Below are positions 21,897-32,495 of a DNA stretch of 55,598 nt, in pieces. Location of the stretch: sequence record DRR723986_23521; one strand, 5' to 3'. The notes beneath the pieces are model-generated. The model had not been told where the DNA came from, did no database searches, and saw nothing but the letters and a program-made list of their open reading frames with translations. A program made the translations under genes and the position numbers. Positions within the stretch are counted from its first letter, which is position 1. Every line of letters begins with the position of its first letter.

Positions 21897-22528
21897 TATG
21901 GTATACTTAAATATTTATGGGTTTGTAGAGACACTTTCCACTTAGGATTCGCCATAACATAATCTACAATCTGTGGCATCATTTTATCACGTTTGCTCCA
22001 CTCTGGTTGTAAATAAAGTATACAATCTTTATTAACCTTAGTCGCTTGCTCCTCAGCAAACTTGAAATCGTTTTTATTGTACACAATACATTTTAGCTCA
22101 TGTGCCTTAGCATATATTTCTTCAGTTGGTAATTTCATTTTTTTTGGTGATAAACAAATCCAATCCCACTGCCCAGTCAATTTATAAGCACCAGAAGTTT
22201 CAATGTGTGTCTGTACACCCTTTGCTTTAAGCTGTTCTGTTAAAGGACCCATATCCCAAGTCAATGGTTCGCCTCCAGTAACTACAATGGTATCACTATA
22301 TTTCACCGCATTTTCAACAATCTTGCTTGTTTCTGTAGGAGGATGTAATTCTGCTAACCAACTTTCTTTTACATCACACCAATGACAACCAACATCACAA
22401 CCACCAATTCTAACAAAATAAGCAGCAGTTCCTTTATGATAACCCTCGCCTTGAATGGTATAAAACTCTTCCATTAAGGGCAATAACAATCCCTTATCAA
22501 TTAACTCTTGTCGTTCTCTTCTTGTCAT
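21896..22528 (-). CDS. queE: 7-carboxy-7-deazaguanine synthase (radical SAM)
   Basis: EFYTIQGEG, CDVGCHWCD, TGGEP, IETSG, SPK, SLQTHK; ATG 22528 lies 6 nt after TATCTTTG. Confidence 0.93.
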   Translation of the reverse strand: MTRRERQELIDKGLLLPLMEEFYTIQGEGYHKGTAAYFVRIGGCDVGCHWCDVKESWLAELHPPTETSKIVENAVKYSDTIVVTGGEPLTWDMGPLTEQLKAKGVQTHIETSGAYKLTGQWDWICLSPKKMKLPTEEIYAKAHELKCIVYNKNDFKFAEEQATKVNKDCILYLQPEWSKRDKMMPQIVDYVMANPKWKVSLQTHKYLSIP

Positions 22529-22565
22529 AGTTCGCAAAGATAATCTATTAGTTGAAAGATTAAAT

Positions 22566-23012
22566 TTATTTTGCTGCAATCACATCTATTTCAATACTTG
22601 CACCACCTGCAAGACCAGAAGCCGCAAATGTTGTACGTGCTGGTTTATTAGTGAAATAAGTAGTATAAACTGAATTAAACGTTTTAAAGTCATTGATATC
22701 TTTTAGAATTACTGTGCATTTAACTACATTATCTAAGGCTAAATCATGATACTCAAGAACATCAATAATATTCTGTATAACTTGTTTAGTTTCAGCCTCT
22801 ATACCACCAGTAACTAGTGATCCACTTTTATGGTCTTTACCTATTTGTCCGGTTAGAAATAATAAATCATCGGTTTCCACTGCATCACTAAAGGGAACAT
22901 TTGCTCTGCTTGGTTCATGAGATTTGTAAAAAATAATTACTGAATTAGAGTCATTACAAGATTGCAACAACAATAAAACTAAAAGACAGCAAACTGAAAA
23001 AATAGACTTCAT
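22566..23012 (-). CDS. RidA/YjgF family protein with lipoprotein signal
   Basis: PFSDAV, LTGQIG, VVKCTV, FNSVY, PARTT, IEIDVIA; N-terminal LLLLQSC. Confidence 0.88.
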   Translation of the reverse strand: MKSIFSVCCLLVLLLLQSCNDSNSVIIFYKSHEPSRANVPFSDAVETDDLLFLTGQIGKDHKSGSLVTGGIEAETKQVIQNIIDVLEYHDLALDNVVKCTVILKDINDFKTFNSVYTTYFTNKPARTTFAASGLAGGASIEIDVIAAK

Positions 23013-23070
23013 TCTAATAGGTTTTAAACTTGACTAAAATTACGTTATTTTTATGCAAATTTTCTGACCT

Positions 23071-24609
23071 ATGAAGAATAGAGATACTTTTTTTAAAGAC
23101 ATCACTGAGGGTAATACTTTTAAAGGCGATTATATCACCTTAGGAGCTGGTATGTTAGATGGTGAAACCATAACAAACGCCTTCGTAAACGTACCATTAA
23201 AAACCATGAATCGTCATGGTTTAATCGCTGGTGCTACCGGAACCGGAAAAACAAAAACATTACAAGTTTTAGCAGAGAACCTTTCAGAAAAAGGTGTACC
23301 TGTATTACTAATGGATATTAAAGGTGATTTAAGTGGTTTGGCAAAACCAAGCCCTGGTCATCCTAAAATTGATGAACGTCACGAAAAAATAGGATTACCA
23401 TTTGAACCAAAACCTTTTCCAGTAGAAATACTAACACTGTCAGAACAAGATGGTGTAAGATTACGGGCAACCATTAGTGAATTTGGACCTGTCTTAATAT
23501 CTCGAATATTAGATGTTACCGAGACTCAGGCTGGTATCATTTCTGTAATCTTTAAATACTGCGATGATAATAAGCTACCATTATTAGATTTAAAGGATTT
23601 TAAAAAGATTCTTCAGTATGCAACAGGTGAAGGAAAGAAAGAATTTGAGGAGTCATATGGCAGAATTTCAACTGCCTCAACCGGAGCTATATTAAGAAAA
23701 TTAATAGAAATTGAACAACAAGGTGGTGATTTATTCTTTGGAGAAACCTCTTTTGATACTCAAGATTTATTGCGCTTAGATGAAAATGGTAGAGGCTACA
23801 TCAACATAATTAGATTAACAGATATACAAGATAAGCCAAAGTTATTCTCAACTTTTATGCTGAGCTTATTGGCTGAAATTTATTCAACTTTTCCTGAGCA
23901 AGGAGATAGTGGCAGGCCTGAACTAATACTATTTATTGATGAAGCCCACTTAATTTTTAACGAAGCATCAGATGCGCTATTAGATCAGATTGAAAGTATT
24001 GTGAAGTTAATAAGAAGTAAAGGTGTTGGTTTATACTTTGTAACTCAAAACCCTACAGATGTTCCAGAAGCTGTATTAGGGCAATTAGGATTAAAAGTAC
24101 AACACGCTTTAAGGGCATTTACTGCCAAAGATCGTAAAGTTATTAAATTAACCGCTCAGAATTATCCTGATACAGACTACTATGACACAGCTGAAACGTT
24201 AACCTCATTAGGTATAGGTGAAGCATTAGTTTCTGCTTTAGATGAGAAAGGAAAACCTACACCATTAGCCGCCACAATGATGCGTGCACCAATGAGTAGA
24301 ATGGATATTTTAACGGAGGCTGAATTAGGAAGCTTATTAGCAGAATCGAAACTCGCCAGAAAATATAATAAAGAAATTGATAGAGATAGTGCTTATGAAA
24401 TGCTTAATGAAAAGATAAAACAAGCAGAAGCAGAAGAAGCAAAGCGTAAAGCACAAGAAGAGAAAGAGGCATTGAAAAAGGCCGAAAGCAAAAGAAGAAC
24501 TTCATCTTCTCGCAGAAGAAGCACGAGACAAAATCCTATTGTTAAGGTACTGTCGAGTCCTACTGTAATTCGTAGTGTTTTAGGGATATTAACTAAAATG
24601 CTAAAATAA
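23071..24609 (+). CDS. DUF853/YjgR HerA-like ATPase
   Basis: NRHGLIAGATGTGKTKTLQ, DIKGDLSG, FIDEAHL, IRSKGVG, TQNP. Confidence 0.92.
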   Translation: MKNRDTFFKDITEGNTFKGDYITLGAGMLDGETITNAFVNVPLKTMNRHGLIAGATGTGKTKTLQVLAENLSEKGVPVLLMDIKGDLSGLAKPSPGHPKIDERHEKIGLPFEPKPFPVEILTLSEQDGVRLRATISEFGPVLISRILDVTETQAGIISVIFKYCDDNKLPLLDLKDFKKILQYATGEGKKEFEESYGRISTASTGAILRKLIEIEQQGGDLFFGETSFDTQDLLRLDENGRGYINIIRLTDIQDKPKLFSTFMLSLLAEIYSTFPEQGDSGRPELILFIDEAHLIFNEASDALLDQIESIVKLIRSKGVGLYFVTQNPTDVPEAVLGQLGLKVQHALRAFTAKDRKVIKLTAQNYPDTDYYDTAETLTSLGIGEALVSALDEKGKPTPLAATMMRAPMSRMDILTEAELGSLLAESKLARKYNKEIDRDSAYEMLNEKIKQAEAEEAKRKAQEEKEALKKAESKRRTSSSRRRSTRQNPIVKVLSSPTVIRSVLGILTKMLK

Positions 24610-24629
24610 TTTTAACCTAAATCTTAAAA

Positions 24630-25187
24630 ATGAAAAACGCATTGTTTGTTGCACTTATTTGTGCAATACTTATTACTAGTTGTGCAAAGACGAGTGCACC
24701 AGATCCTTTTTTAATTCAGAAAGACAGTATTGGATTACTTACGGATTCTACTATGGTTAAAGAATTGAATGACGTGTTTATTAATGAATCTGTAGTAAGA
24801 TATATAGCTGGAGATGAATTTACAGGATCAGTAAATACTATCGAAGTGTTCGAAAAATCGGGAAAGAAACTTCTAGATCTTTCACCAAAAGAAGCACTAG
24901 ATTCAACTTCTGTAATTTCTACCGTAAGGATTATTGATGATCGTTATAAAACGGAAAAAAACATATCTACCTTAAGCACATTTAAGGATATAAAGGAAGC
25001 TTACAAAATTTCAAGAATTGATAATCTTATAAATGCAGTTGTCGTTTCAGTAAAGGAAATTAATGCATCTTTTACTATAGACAAAAAAGAATTACCTGGT
25101 AGTATGCGCTTTGACATGGATATGTTAATTGACCCTTTACAGATTCCGGAAAAAGCAAAAATCAAATACTTTATGATCCACTGGTAA
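24630..25187 (+). CDS. Hypothetical lipoprotein
   Basis: Lipobox ITSC; 185 aa. Confidence 0.75.
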   Translation: MKNALFVALICAILITSCAKTSAPDPFLIQKDSIGLLTDSTMVKELNDVFINESVVRYIAGDEFTGSVNTIEVFEKSGKKLLDLSPKEALDSTSVISTVRIIDDRYKTEKNISTLSTFKDIKEAYKISRIDNLINAVVVSVKEINASFTIDKKELPGSMRFDMDMLIDPLQIPEKAKIKYFMIHW

Positions 25188-25206
25188 TTAAAGAATTTAA
25201 AGTGCT

Positions 25207-25575
25207 ATGAAAAAGACTTATACCATTCAATCGTCACCATTTGTTGTACCAACAGATGATGGTAAGATTATAAAAGAACATTTTGGTTTAGCTAGTGATG
25301 GAAACTCTAATGTTAGCATTGCACATATGGTAGCTCCTCCAGGATGGAGTGAACCATTCCAAACACCAGAATTTGATGAATATACTTTTATTATTAAAGG
25401 CAAAAAGCAGTTCATCATTGAAGATGAAACAGTAATTTTAGAAGCGGGCCAGTCAATTAAAGTCGCGAAAAATACAAGATTGCAATACTCCAATCCTTTT
25501 GATGAACCTTGTGAGTATATCGCTATTTGCCTACCAGCATTTTCTATAGATTCAGTAAATCGTGAAGCAGAATAA
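25207..25575 (+). CDS. Cupin domain protein
   Basis: APPGWSEPFQTPEFDEYT..IKG, LEAGQS, YSNP. Confidence 0.88.
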   Translation: MKKTYTIQSSPFVVPTDDGKIIKEHFGLASDGNSNVSIAHMVAPPGWSEPFQTPEFDEYTFIIKGKKQFIIEDETVILEAGQSIKVAKNTRLQYSNPFDEPCEYIAICLPAFSIDSVNREAE

Positions 25576-25577
25576 GC

Positions 25578-26405
25578 ATGAGTAGTTTTGTAATTAAAAC
25601 AATTGGTAACGCGCTGAATGCCACAAGTCTCATTTCGGCAAAATATGCATCAAAAAAGGCACTCAATTTATTTGCGTCTCCACGAAAAGGTCGATACACA
25701 GAAGACCAGCGTAAAATCATAAATACTGCTCTACAGGAAGAATTAAAATATGACAATCTAAATATCGCAACCTATCGATGGAATGGTAACGGCAAAACTG
25801 TATTATTGGCACATGGTTGGGAAAGTAATGCTTCTAGATGGAGCTATATTCTAAAAGAACTTAGAGCTCAAGATTATAACATTATCGCCCTAGATGGACC
25901 AGCTCACGGAAGATCTGATGGTCAACAGTTTAATGCCGTGCTTTATTCAGAATTTATTAATGTTGTGGCACAAAAATTTCAACCAGATGTACTTATAGGC
26001 CATTCCGTTGGCGGTATGGCAAGTGTATTTTGTATGCATAATCACAACATACCTTCGGTGAATAAATTGGTGTTGCTAGGTGCACCTGCACATTTTACAG
26101 GTGTATTTGCGCGATACAAAACTATGATGGGTTATAATAATAAGATATCTAATGGTTTAGATAAAATCGTACTTGAGCGTTTTGGACAACCTGTAGATTA
26201 TTTCTCTGCAGCAAACTTCACTAAATCCCTTGAAGCTAGAGGCTTAATTATACACGACAAAAAGGATAGAATTATTCCAATTGAAGATGCATTATTGTTT
26301 GCAAATCGTTACAAAAATTCTGAATTGATAGAGACAGAAGGTTTTGGGCACAGCCTAAAAGACAAGTCATTGACACCTATAATTGTTAGTTTTATTAATA
26401 AATAA
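25578..26405 (+). CDS. Alpha/beta hydrolase
   Basis: HGWES, DGPAHGRS, GHSVGG nucleophile elbow, HDKKD, GFGH. Confidence 0.92.
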   Translation: MSSFVIKTIGNALNATSLISAKYASKKALNLFASPRKGRYTEDQRKIINTALQEELKYDNLNIATYRWNGNGKTVLLAHGWESNASRWSYILKELRAQDYNIIALDGPAHGRSDGQQFNAVLYSEFINVVAQKFQPDVLIGHSVGGMASVFCMHNHNIPSVNKLVLLGAPAHFTGVFARYKTMMGYNNKISNGLDKIVLERFGQPVDYFSAANFTKSLEARGLIIHDKKDRIIPIEDALLFANRYKNSELIETEGFGHSLKDKSLTPIIVSFINK

Positions 26406-26413
26406 TAATATTT

Positions 26414-27139
26414 ATGAATAATACCAAAGGATTATTATTTCTGGGTTTACTGTTTTTTCTCAGTTGTGATTTAGTAGTAAAGGATAGCTCATCTGAAAAA
26501 ACATATCCTGATGTTATTAGTGTAGCAGCAATGAAAGATGTGATGTGGAAAGGGGAATTACAAGGTAAAATTAGTCTAGACTCTATTAAAAATAAAAAGG
26601 GACTTTACGGTTTAGGACCTAATGGCTTTTTAAAAGGTGAAATAATCATTAACAATGGACAGACTTATTTATCTCAGGTAACATCGGATAGTACTATGGT
26701 TGTTAAAAATGATACTAATATTCAAGCACCATTTTTTGTATACACTAACGTAAATTCATGGTATAAGATTCAACTTCCTGATAATATTAAATCAATAAAC
26801 GATTTAGAATTATTTATAGATTCTAAAACCAAAGACAAGAAACGACCACTTGCATTTAAGTTAAGCGGCACCATAGATCGTGCTCTTATACATATTCAAA
26901 ATTTACCAGATGGCAGCAAAGTAACTTCACCGAAAGAAGCACATCAAGGCCAAGTCGATTATAGTTTAAAAAATGAAGAGGTTGAAATTATCGGTTTTTT
27001 TTCAACAGAACATCAAGGGATTTTTACACATCATGATTCTTATATGCACATGCATTTAATTACGGAAGACAAAAAGCAAATGGGTCATTTAGACGACGTA
27101 AGTTTTAAAAATATGACTTTATTTTTACCAAAGTCTTAA
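26414..27139 (+). CDS. Alpha-acetolactate decarboxylase-like lipoprotein
   Basis: GLG...LKGEIII, APFF, IIGFFS, HMHLI...MGHLD Zn-binding His motif; lipobox FLSC. Confidence 0.8.
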   Translation: MNNTKGLLFLGLLFFLSCDLVVKDSSSEKTYPDVISVAAMKDVMWKGELQGKISLDSIKNKKGLYGLGPNGFLKGEIIINNGQTYLSQVTSDSTMVVKNDTNIQAPFFVYTNVNSWYKIQLPDNIKSINDLELFIDSKTKDKKRPLAFKLSGTIDRALIHIQNLPDGSKVTSPKEAHQGQVDYSLKNEEVEIIGFFSTEHQGIFTHHDSYMHMHLITEDKKQMGHLDDVSFKNMTLFLPKS

Positions 27140-27167
27140 TTAAATGAGTTTGTAGTATTTTTGCCAT

Positions 27168-27935
27168 ATGTCTGAAAACCTTACAAGACTTAACAAATAC
27201 CTCAGCGAAGCCGGCTACTGTTCTCGCCGTGAGGCAGATCGGTTAATAGATGCTGGCCGTGTAACTATCAATGACGTTGTACCAGAAATGGGAACCAAGG
27301 TCGCCTCTGGTGATGTGGTTAAAGTTGATGGTGAAATAATTGGAGAACGAAAAAAAGATTTTGTTTACCTCGCATTTAACAAACCTGTTGGGATTGTTTG
27401 TACTACAGATACACGTGTAGAAAAGGACAATATCATAGATTACATTAATTATCCAAAACGTATTTTTCCTATTGGTAGATTAGACAAGCCTAGTGAAGGC
27501 CTAATTCTACTTACTGATGACGGTGATATTGTAAATAAAATACTTAGAGCGAGCAATAACCATGAAAAAGAATATGTAGTGACTGTAGATAAACCAATTT
27601 CTCAAACGTTTATTGAACGTATGGCTGGTGGTATTTACATAGAAGAATTAGGAAAGCGCACAAAAAAATGTAAAGTTAAAAAGCTGGATAAGTATACTTT
27701 TAGCATTATTCTTACACAAGGATTAAATCGCCAGATACGTCGAATGTGTGATTATCTCAACTATGATGTTAAAACATTAAAGCGTGTGCGTATAATGAAT
27801 ATATGGTTAGATACACCATTAGGCAAGTACCGTGAATTAACAAAAAAAGAGTTTGATACACTATCGGAGCTCATAAGTGATTCAAAGAAAACTTTTGATC
27901 CAAAACAACATCATCATCGTAAAAATAGACGTTAA
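27168..27935 (+). CDS. rluF: 23S rRNA pseudouridine synthase (RluF-like, RsuA family)
   Basis: S4 domain RLNKYLSEAGYCSRREAD, NKPVG, GRLDKPSEGL, QGLNRQIRRM. Confidence 0.9.
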   Translation: MSENLTRLNKYLSEAGYCSRREADRLIDAGRVTINDVVPEMGTKVASGDVVKVDGEIIGERKKDFVYLAFNKPVGIVCTTDTRVEKDNIIDYINYPKRIFPIGRLDKPSEGLILLTDDGDIVNKILRASNNHEKEYVVTVDKPISQTFIERMAGGIYIEELGKRTKKCKVKKLDKYTFSIILTQGLNRQIRRMCDYLNYDVKTLKRVRIMNIWLDTPLGKYRELTKKEFDTLSELISDSKKTFDPKQHHHRKNRR

Positions 27936-28011
27936 TTATATCCTAATTAACAAACACCTTTAATGTAATAGGTTTTAACTTTAAGTGAACTAATTCAATC
28001 ATCTTAAAGAA

Positions 28012-28962
28012 ATGAAACCAATATTATTTTGCTTTCTGTTTATATCATTTATTAGTTTTTCTCAAAATGAATATTCAGTTTCAGACACACACCCTTACGG
28101 ATTACCAAATCCAAAAGCACCAGAACAAGTCAAGGATTTTCAACCATTAATTGGTAAATGTAATTGTGAATCTACCCTTAGGAATCCTGATGGAACATGG
28201 GCTAAAACCCAAACGATAACATGGGAATGGAAGTATATAATGAATGGCATGGCTGTACAAGATGAAACCATAAAACCAGACGGCAAACATTCTGGTAGTA
28301 TTCGACAATTTATTGCAGACAGTAGCAAGTGGTATGTACATTATTATTCAACAAATTTTCCAACTCCCACTTTACCTGCTTGGGAAGGTAACAAGGTTAG
28401 TAAAGACAGTATTGTATTATATAGACCACAAAAAGCGCCTAATGGCATGGATGGCAAATACAGAATTAGCTTTTATAACATGAGTGACAAGGGCTATGAC
28501 TGGATCGGCGAATGGGTTGATCTAACGGAAAAAGTTGTTTATCCTACGTGGAAAATAAGCTGCAAAAGAGACCTTAATGAAACGAGTGATTTAGAAGCTA
28601 TAAAACAAAACATATCTACTTTTTCAAAGGCATATATGGATGGTGATATTACTGGCTTGGTAGATATGTATACTATAAATGGTAAAATATTTCCTAATAA
28701 CAGAAAAATTCTGGCTGGTAAGGAAGCACTAGCTGCTTACTGGACATTAGCCGAAGGGGTAAAAATATTACATCATAAAGTTATTTCCACAGATATTATT
28801 ATTGAGGGAGAAACGGCTTATGACTATGGATATTATGAAGGTAAAATATTAACTAAAGACGGTAATGAAGTTACATGGCAAGGTAAGTATGTTATTATCT
28901 GGAAAAAAGTTAATAATCAATGGAAAATTGAACTGGATATTTGGAATAATGTAGCCGAGTAA
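28012..28962 (+). CDS. Secreted two-domain protein with C-terminal DUF4440/NTF2-like domain
   Basis: Signal peptide; C-terminal AYDYGYY...GKYVIIWKK...WKI..DIWN. Confidence 0.75.
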   Translation: MKPILFCFLFISFISFSQNEYSVSDTHPYGLPNPKAPEQVKDFQPLIGKCNCESTLRNPDGTWAKTQTITWEWKYIMNGMAVQDETIKPDGKHSGSIRQFIADSSKWYVHYYSTNFPTPTLPAWEGNKVSKDSIVLYRPQKAPNGMDGKYRISFYNMSDKGYDWIGEWVDLTEKVVYPTWKISCKRDLNETSDLEAIKQNISTFSKAYMDGDITGLVDMYTINGKIFPNNRKILAGKEALAAYWTLAEGVKILHHKVISTDIIIEGETAYDYGYYEGKILTKDGNEVTWQGKYVIIWKKVNNQWKIELDIWNNVAE

Positions 28963-28998
28963 TTGTTATTTTTATTGAACAATCTACAACATTAAACT

Positions 28999-29421
28999 AT
29001 GTCAAAACTTTCACCTTTTCATCTTGCAATTCCTGTTCATAACCTAGCAGAATGTAGAGACTTTTATACTAATATTTTAAATTTTGAAGAAGGACGAAGT
29101 AGCAACCATTGGGTTGATTATAATTTCTTTGGACATCAACTCGTAATACATTTTAAACCAAAATCTGAAGACAATTTACACACAAATACAGTAGATGGAA
29201 AAGATATACCTGTACCTCATTTTGGTGTAGTATTAGATTGGGAAATTTTTCAAGATTTCGCTCAGTTACTAAAATCTAAAGGCATAGTATTTATAATAGA
29301 ACCCTATATACGTTTTGAAGGCGAAGTTGGTGAACAAGCCACCATGTTTTTTAAAGACCCTTCTGACAATGCTCTAGAGTTCAAGGCATTTAAAGATAAA
29401 TCTCAATTATTTGCCAAGTGA
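28999..29421 (+). CDS. VOC/glyoxalase family protein
   Basis: [35 protein letters not shown]. Confidence 0.92.
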   Translation: MSKLSPFHLAIPVHNLAECRDFYTNILNFEEGRSSNHWVDYNFFGHQLVIHFKPKSEDNLHTNTVDGKDIPVPHFGVVLDWEIFQDFAQLLKSKGIVFIIEPYIRFEGEVGEQATMFFKDPSDNALEFKAFKDKSQLFAK

Positions 29422-30135
29422 TCTTTGTTTTCGATCAGAAAGATAAAATGGTAAGTATATAATTAAAAACAATGGTATTACTACTAATTGCGCTATCCAA
29501 ATGTAGTTAGGCCATTCTCCAAAATAATCGAGTAATGATGCTGATTTTGGTTTTTCTTTAAGATAAAAATAATTTGCTTCTAAAAAGTAATTTAAAATCA
29601 TCATAAGTAAAACATAAACCTGTAATGATAGAAATGAAATGAAGACACTTTCTAATTTAGGTTTGTACTTAAACACAAAAATAAAGTAGAAAATTATAGT
29701 TAGTAACCCTAAATGTACAACCCAATATCTATAATAGTCAAAACTAGGACACCCAGCCGGAATATCAGGCGTAATAACACCTTGAATAGTACCACCAATT
29801 ATCCAAAATACTAGCACCTCAAACATCCAGTATTTACGATAATGGGTAAATATTGGTATAATAATAGCCATTAAACTGCATAGATATAATGGTAGGTCAG
29901 TTTTAAAATTATAGTTTTCAAAGAAAACCCTGTAGACATGATACGAAACAACCGTTATGGATACCAACCAAGCAAAGGCATGTATAACTCTTTGTTTTTC
30001 GGATATTCTTAGAAATTTATTGGCGTATCGTATTAATCCAATTGCAATTACAAATCCAATTAAAATGGGCAAAACATGCTGTACACTACCTACTAAAACA
30101 GGATCTTGAGTGATTTGAAGAAACACCAAAAACAT
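29407..30135 (-). CDS. YwaF/TIGR02206 family membrane protein
   Basis: [30 protein letters not shown]. Confidence 0.85.
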   Translation of the reverse strand: MFLVFLQITQDPVLVGSVQHVLPILIGFVIAIGLIRYANKFLRISEKQRVIHAFAWLVSITVVSYHVYRVFFENYNFKTDLPLYLCSLMAIIIPIFTHYRKYWMFEVLVFWIIGGTIQGVITPDIPAGCPSFDYYRYWVVHLGLLTIIFYFIFVFKYKPKLESVFISFLSLQVYVLLMMILNYFLEANYFYLKEKPKSASLLDYFGEWPNYIWIAQLVVIPLFLIIYLPFYLSDRKQRSLGK

Positions 30136-30144
30136 AGAGTTAAG

Positions 30145-31029
30145 CTATCTATTATGTTTTCTATGCTGCTCTCTGGCTAATAGGGTGTTCTTTAATAACA
30201 TTGCAATAGTCATTGGCCCTACTCCACCAGGAACAGGTGTTATGAAACTTGCTTTTTTACTAACATTTTCAAAGTCAACATCGCCTGTTATGTGGTATCC
30301 TTTTTCAGAATCATCTGGCACTCGCGTAATACCTACATCAATAACAACAACATCATCTTTTACCATTTCTGCCTTTAAAAAATTTGGAATACCTAATGCT
30401 GAAATGATAATATCTGCTTGTGATGTAATTTGTGTAATATTTTTGGTATGACTGTGCGTTAATGTTACAGTAGAATTTCCAGGAAATCCTTTACGCCCCA
30501 TTAAGATACTCATTGGTCTACCCACAATATGCGAACGCCCAATAATTACTGTATGCTTTCCATCTGTCTCAACACCATAACGATCAATCAATTCTAATAT
30601 ACCAAATGGAGTAGCTGGAATAAAGGTTGACATATCTAATGCCATTTTACCAAAATTAGTTGGATGAAATCCATCTACATCTTTATTTGGATCAATAGCC
30701 ATTAATACTTTTTGTGTATTAATCTGTCGTGGTAATGGCAACTGTATTATAAACCCATCAATATCATCATTGTTATTAAGATCCTGTATCGTATCAAGTA
30801 ACTCAATTTCACTTGTTGTATTAGATAAACGCACCATTGTAGACTCAAAACCAACTCGCTCGCAAGCTCTAACTTTACTACCCACATAGGTTAGACTTGC
30901 TCCATCGTTACCAACAATTACAGCAGCTAAATGCGGTACTTTTTCACCATTAGCCTTCATCTTATCAACTTCGGCTTTTATTTCATCCTTAATATCTCTA
31001 CTGGTCTTTCTACCGTCTAAAATTGTCAT
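30145..31029 (-). CDS. folD: Methylenetetrahydrofolate dehydrogenase/cyclohydrolase
   Basis: IQLPLP, KDVDGFHP, GRSHIVGRP, TPVPGGVGPMT. Confidence 0.97.
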   Translation of the reverse strand: MTILDGRKTSRDIKDEIKAEVDKMKANGEKVPHLAAVIVGNDGASLTYVGSKVRACERVGFESTMVRLSNTTSEIELLDTIQDLNNNDDIDGFIIQLPLPRQINTQKVLMAIDPNKDVDGFHPTNFGKMALDMSTFIPATPFGILELIDRYGVETDGKHTVIIGRSHIVGRPMSILMGRKGFPGNSTVTLTHSHTKNITQITSQADIIISALGIPNFLKAEMVKDDVVVIDVGITRVPDDSEKGYHITGDVDFENVSKKASFITPVPGGVGPMTIAMLLKNTLLAREQHRKHNR

Positions 31030-31064
31030 ATTGTTGGTTGTATTTATAGTTTCTTCGTACAGTA

Positions 31065-32396
31065 TTAACGCGGCATATTTTTCATGGCCTGCATCATACG
31101 TTTTCCGCCACCACCTTGCATCATTTTCATCATTTTACTCATTTGAGTAAATTGCTTAAGCAATTGGTTTACCTCTTGAACTGATGTACCAGAACCTTTA
31201 CCTATACGCTTCTTTCTACTTGCGTTTATTAGAGAAGGATTAGAACGTTCTGCCGGTGTCATTGAGTGAATAATAGCTTCAATCCCTTTGAAGGCATCAT
31301 CATCAATGTCAATATCTTTCATCATTTTACCAGCTCCAGGAATCATTCCGATTAAATCCTTCATGTTACCCATTTTCTTAATCTGCTGAATCTGTTTTAA
31401 GAAATCATCAAACCCAAACTGGTTTTTAGCAATCTTCTTCTGAAGTTTTCTAGCTTCCTCTTCATCAAACTGCTCTTGTGCACGTTCAACAAGCGAAACA
31501 ACATCACCCATTCCAAGGATACGATCGGCCATACGAGATGGATAGAAAACATCAATCGCTTCCATCTTTTCACCAGTACCAATAAATTTAATTGGTTTAT
31601 TAACTACCGATTTAATAGAAATTGCGGCACCACCTCTGGTATCACCATCTAATTTAGTAAGGATAACACCATCGAAATTTAAGATATCATTAAAGGCTTT
31701 TGCTGTATTTACAGCATCTTGACCTGTCATAGAATCTACGACAAAAAGGGTCTCCTGTGGCTGGATAGCTTTATGAATATTAGATATCTCAGTCATCATG
31801 GCTTCGTCTACTGCCAAACGACCAGCAGTATCAATGATTACTACATTATGACCATTGGCCTTTGCATGTGCTATACCTGCTTGTGCGATAGCAACTGGAT
31901 CATTATTACCCTTATCACTAAAAACCTCAACACCTATTTGATCACCAACAACGTGCAACTGATCTATAGCTGCAGGACGATACACATCACATGCAACTAA
32001 TAATGGCTTTTTAGTTTTCTTATTCTTTAAGTAGTTGGCCAGTTTACCTGAAAATGTAGTTTTACCAGAACCCTGTAAACCAGACATTAAAATTATACTT
32101 GGAGTACCAGAAAGATTAATACCTTCTGCATCACCTCCCATAAGTTCGGTTAATTCGTCTTTTACGATTTTAACCATTAACTGTCCTGGCTGTAATGTTG
32201 TTAATACATTCTGACCAAGTGCTTTCTCCTTAACTCTATTGGTAAATTCTTTAGCGATTTTAAAGTTAACATCGGCATCTAAAAGCGCACGTCTCACTTC
32301 TTTCAATGTCTCAGCAACATTAACCTCTGTTATACTGCCATGTCCTTTTAATACATGTAACGCTTTATCTAACTTATCACTTAAATTATTAAACAT
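31065..32396 (-). CDS. ffh: Signal recognition particle protein
   Basis: GLQGSGKTT, DTAGR, TKLDGDTRGG, Met-rich M domain; TAAATTTG at 32422-32429. Confidence 0.98.
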   Translation of the reverse strand: MFNNLSDKLDKALHVLKGHGSITEVNVAETLKEVRRALLDADVNFKIAKEFTNRVKEKALGQNVLTTLQPGQLMVKIVKDELTELMGGDAEGINLSGTPSIILMSGLQGSGKTTFSGKLANYLKNKKTKKPLLVACDVYRPAAIDQLHVVGDQIGVEVFSDKGNNDPVAIAQAGIAHAKANGHNVVIIDTAGRLAVDEAMMTEISNIHKAIQPQETLFVVDSMTGQDAVNTAKAFNDILNFDGVILTKLDGDTRGGAAISIKSVVNKPIKFIGTGEKMEAIDVFYPSRMADRILGMGDVVSLVERAQEQFDEEEARKLQKKIAKNQFGFDDFLKQIQQIKKMGNMKDLIGMIPGAGKMMKDIDIDDDAFKGIEAIIHSMTPAERSNPSLINASRKKRIGKGSGTSVQEVNQLLKQFTQMSKMMKMMQGGGGKRMMQAMKNMPR

Positions 32397-32495
32397 ATGC
32401 TTTATTCTTATTTACAAGTTGCAAATTTAAGAATTTACAAGCGATTATCGAATGGTAAAACTATAATTATAAAGGTATATAATTGAATACTTTAT

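Noticed and set aside
21896-22528. queE plus folE as a 7-deazaguanine DNA modification cluster
   Set aside because: The genes are 18 kb apart with no dpd genes; ordinary queuosine and folate roles suffice
22529-22579. Longer N terminus for queE
   Set aside because: Overlaps the RidA-family gene and contains the TATCTTTG promoter element
23071-24609. HerA-like ATPase as an anti-phage system
   Set aside because: Motifs fit the widespread DUF853/YjgR family; no SIR2, nuclease or other defence partner is adjacent
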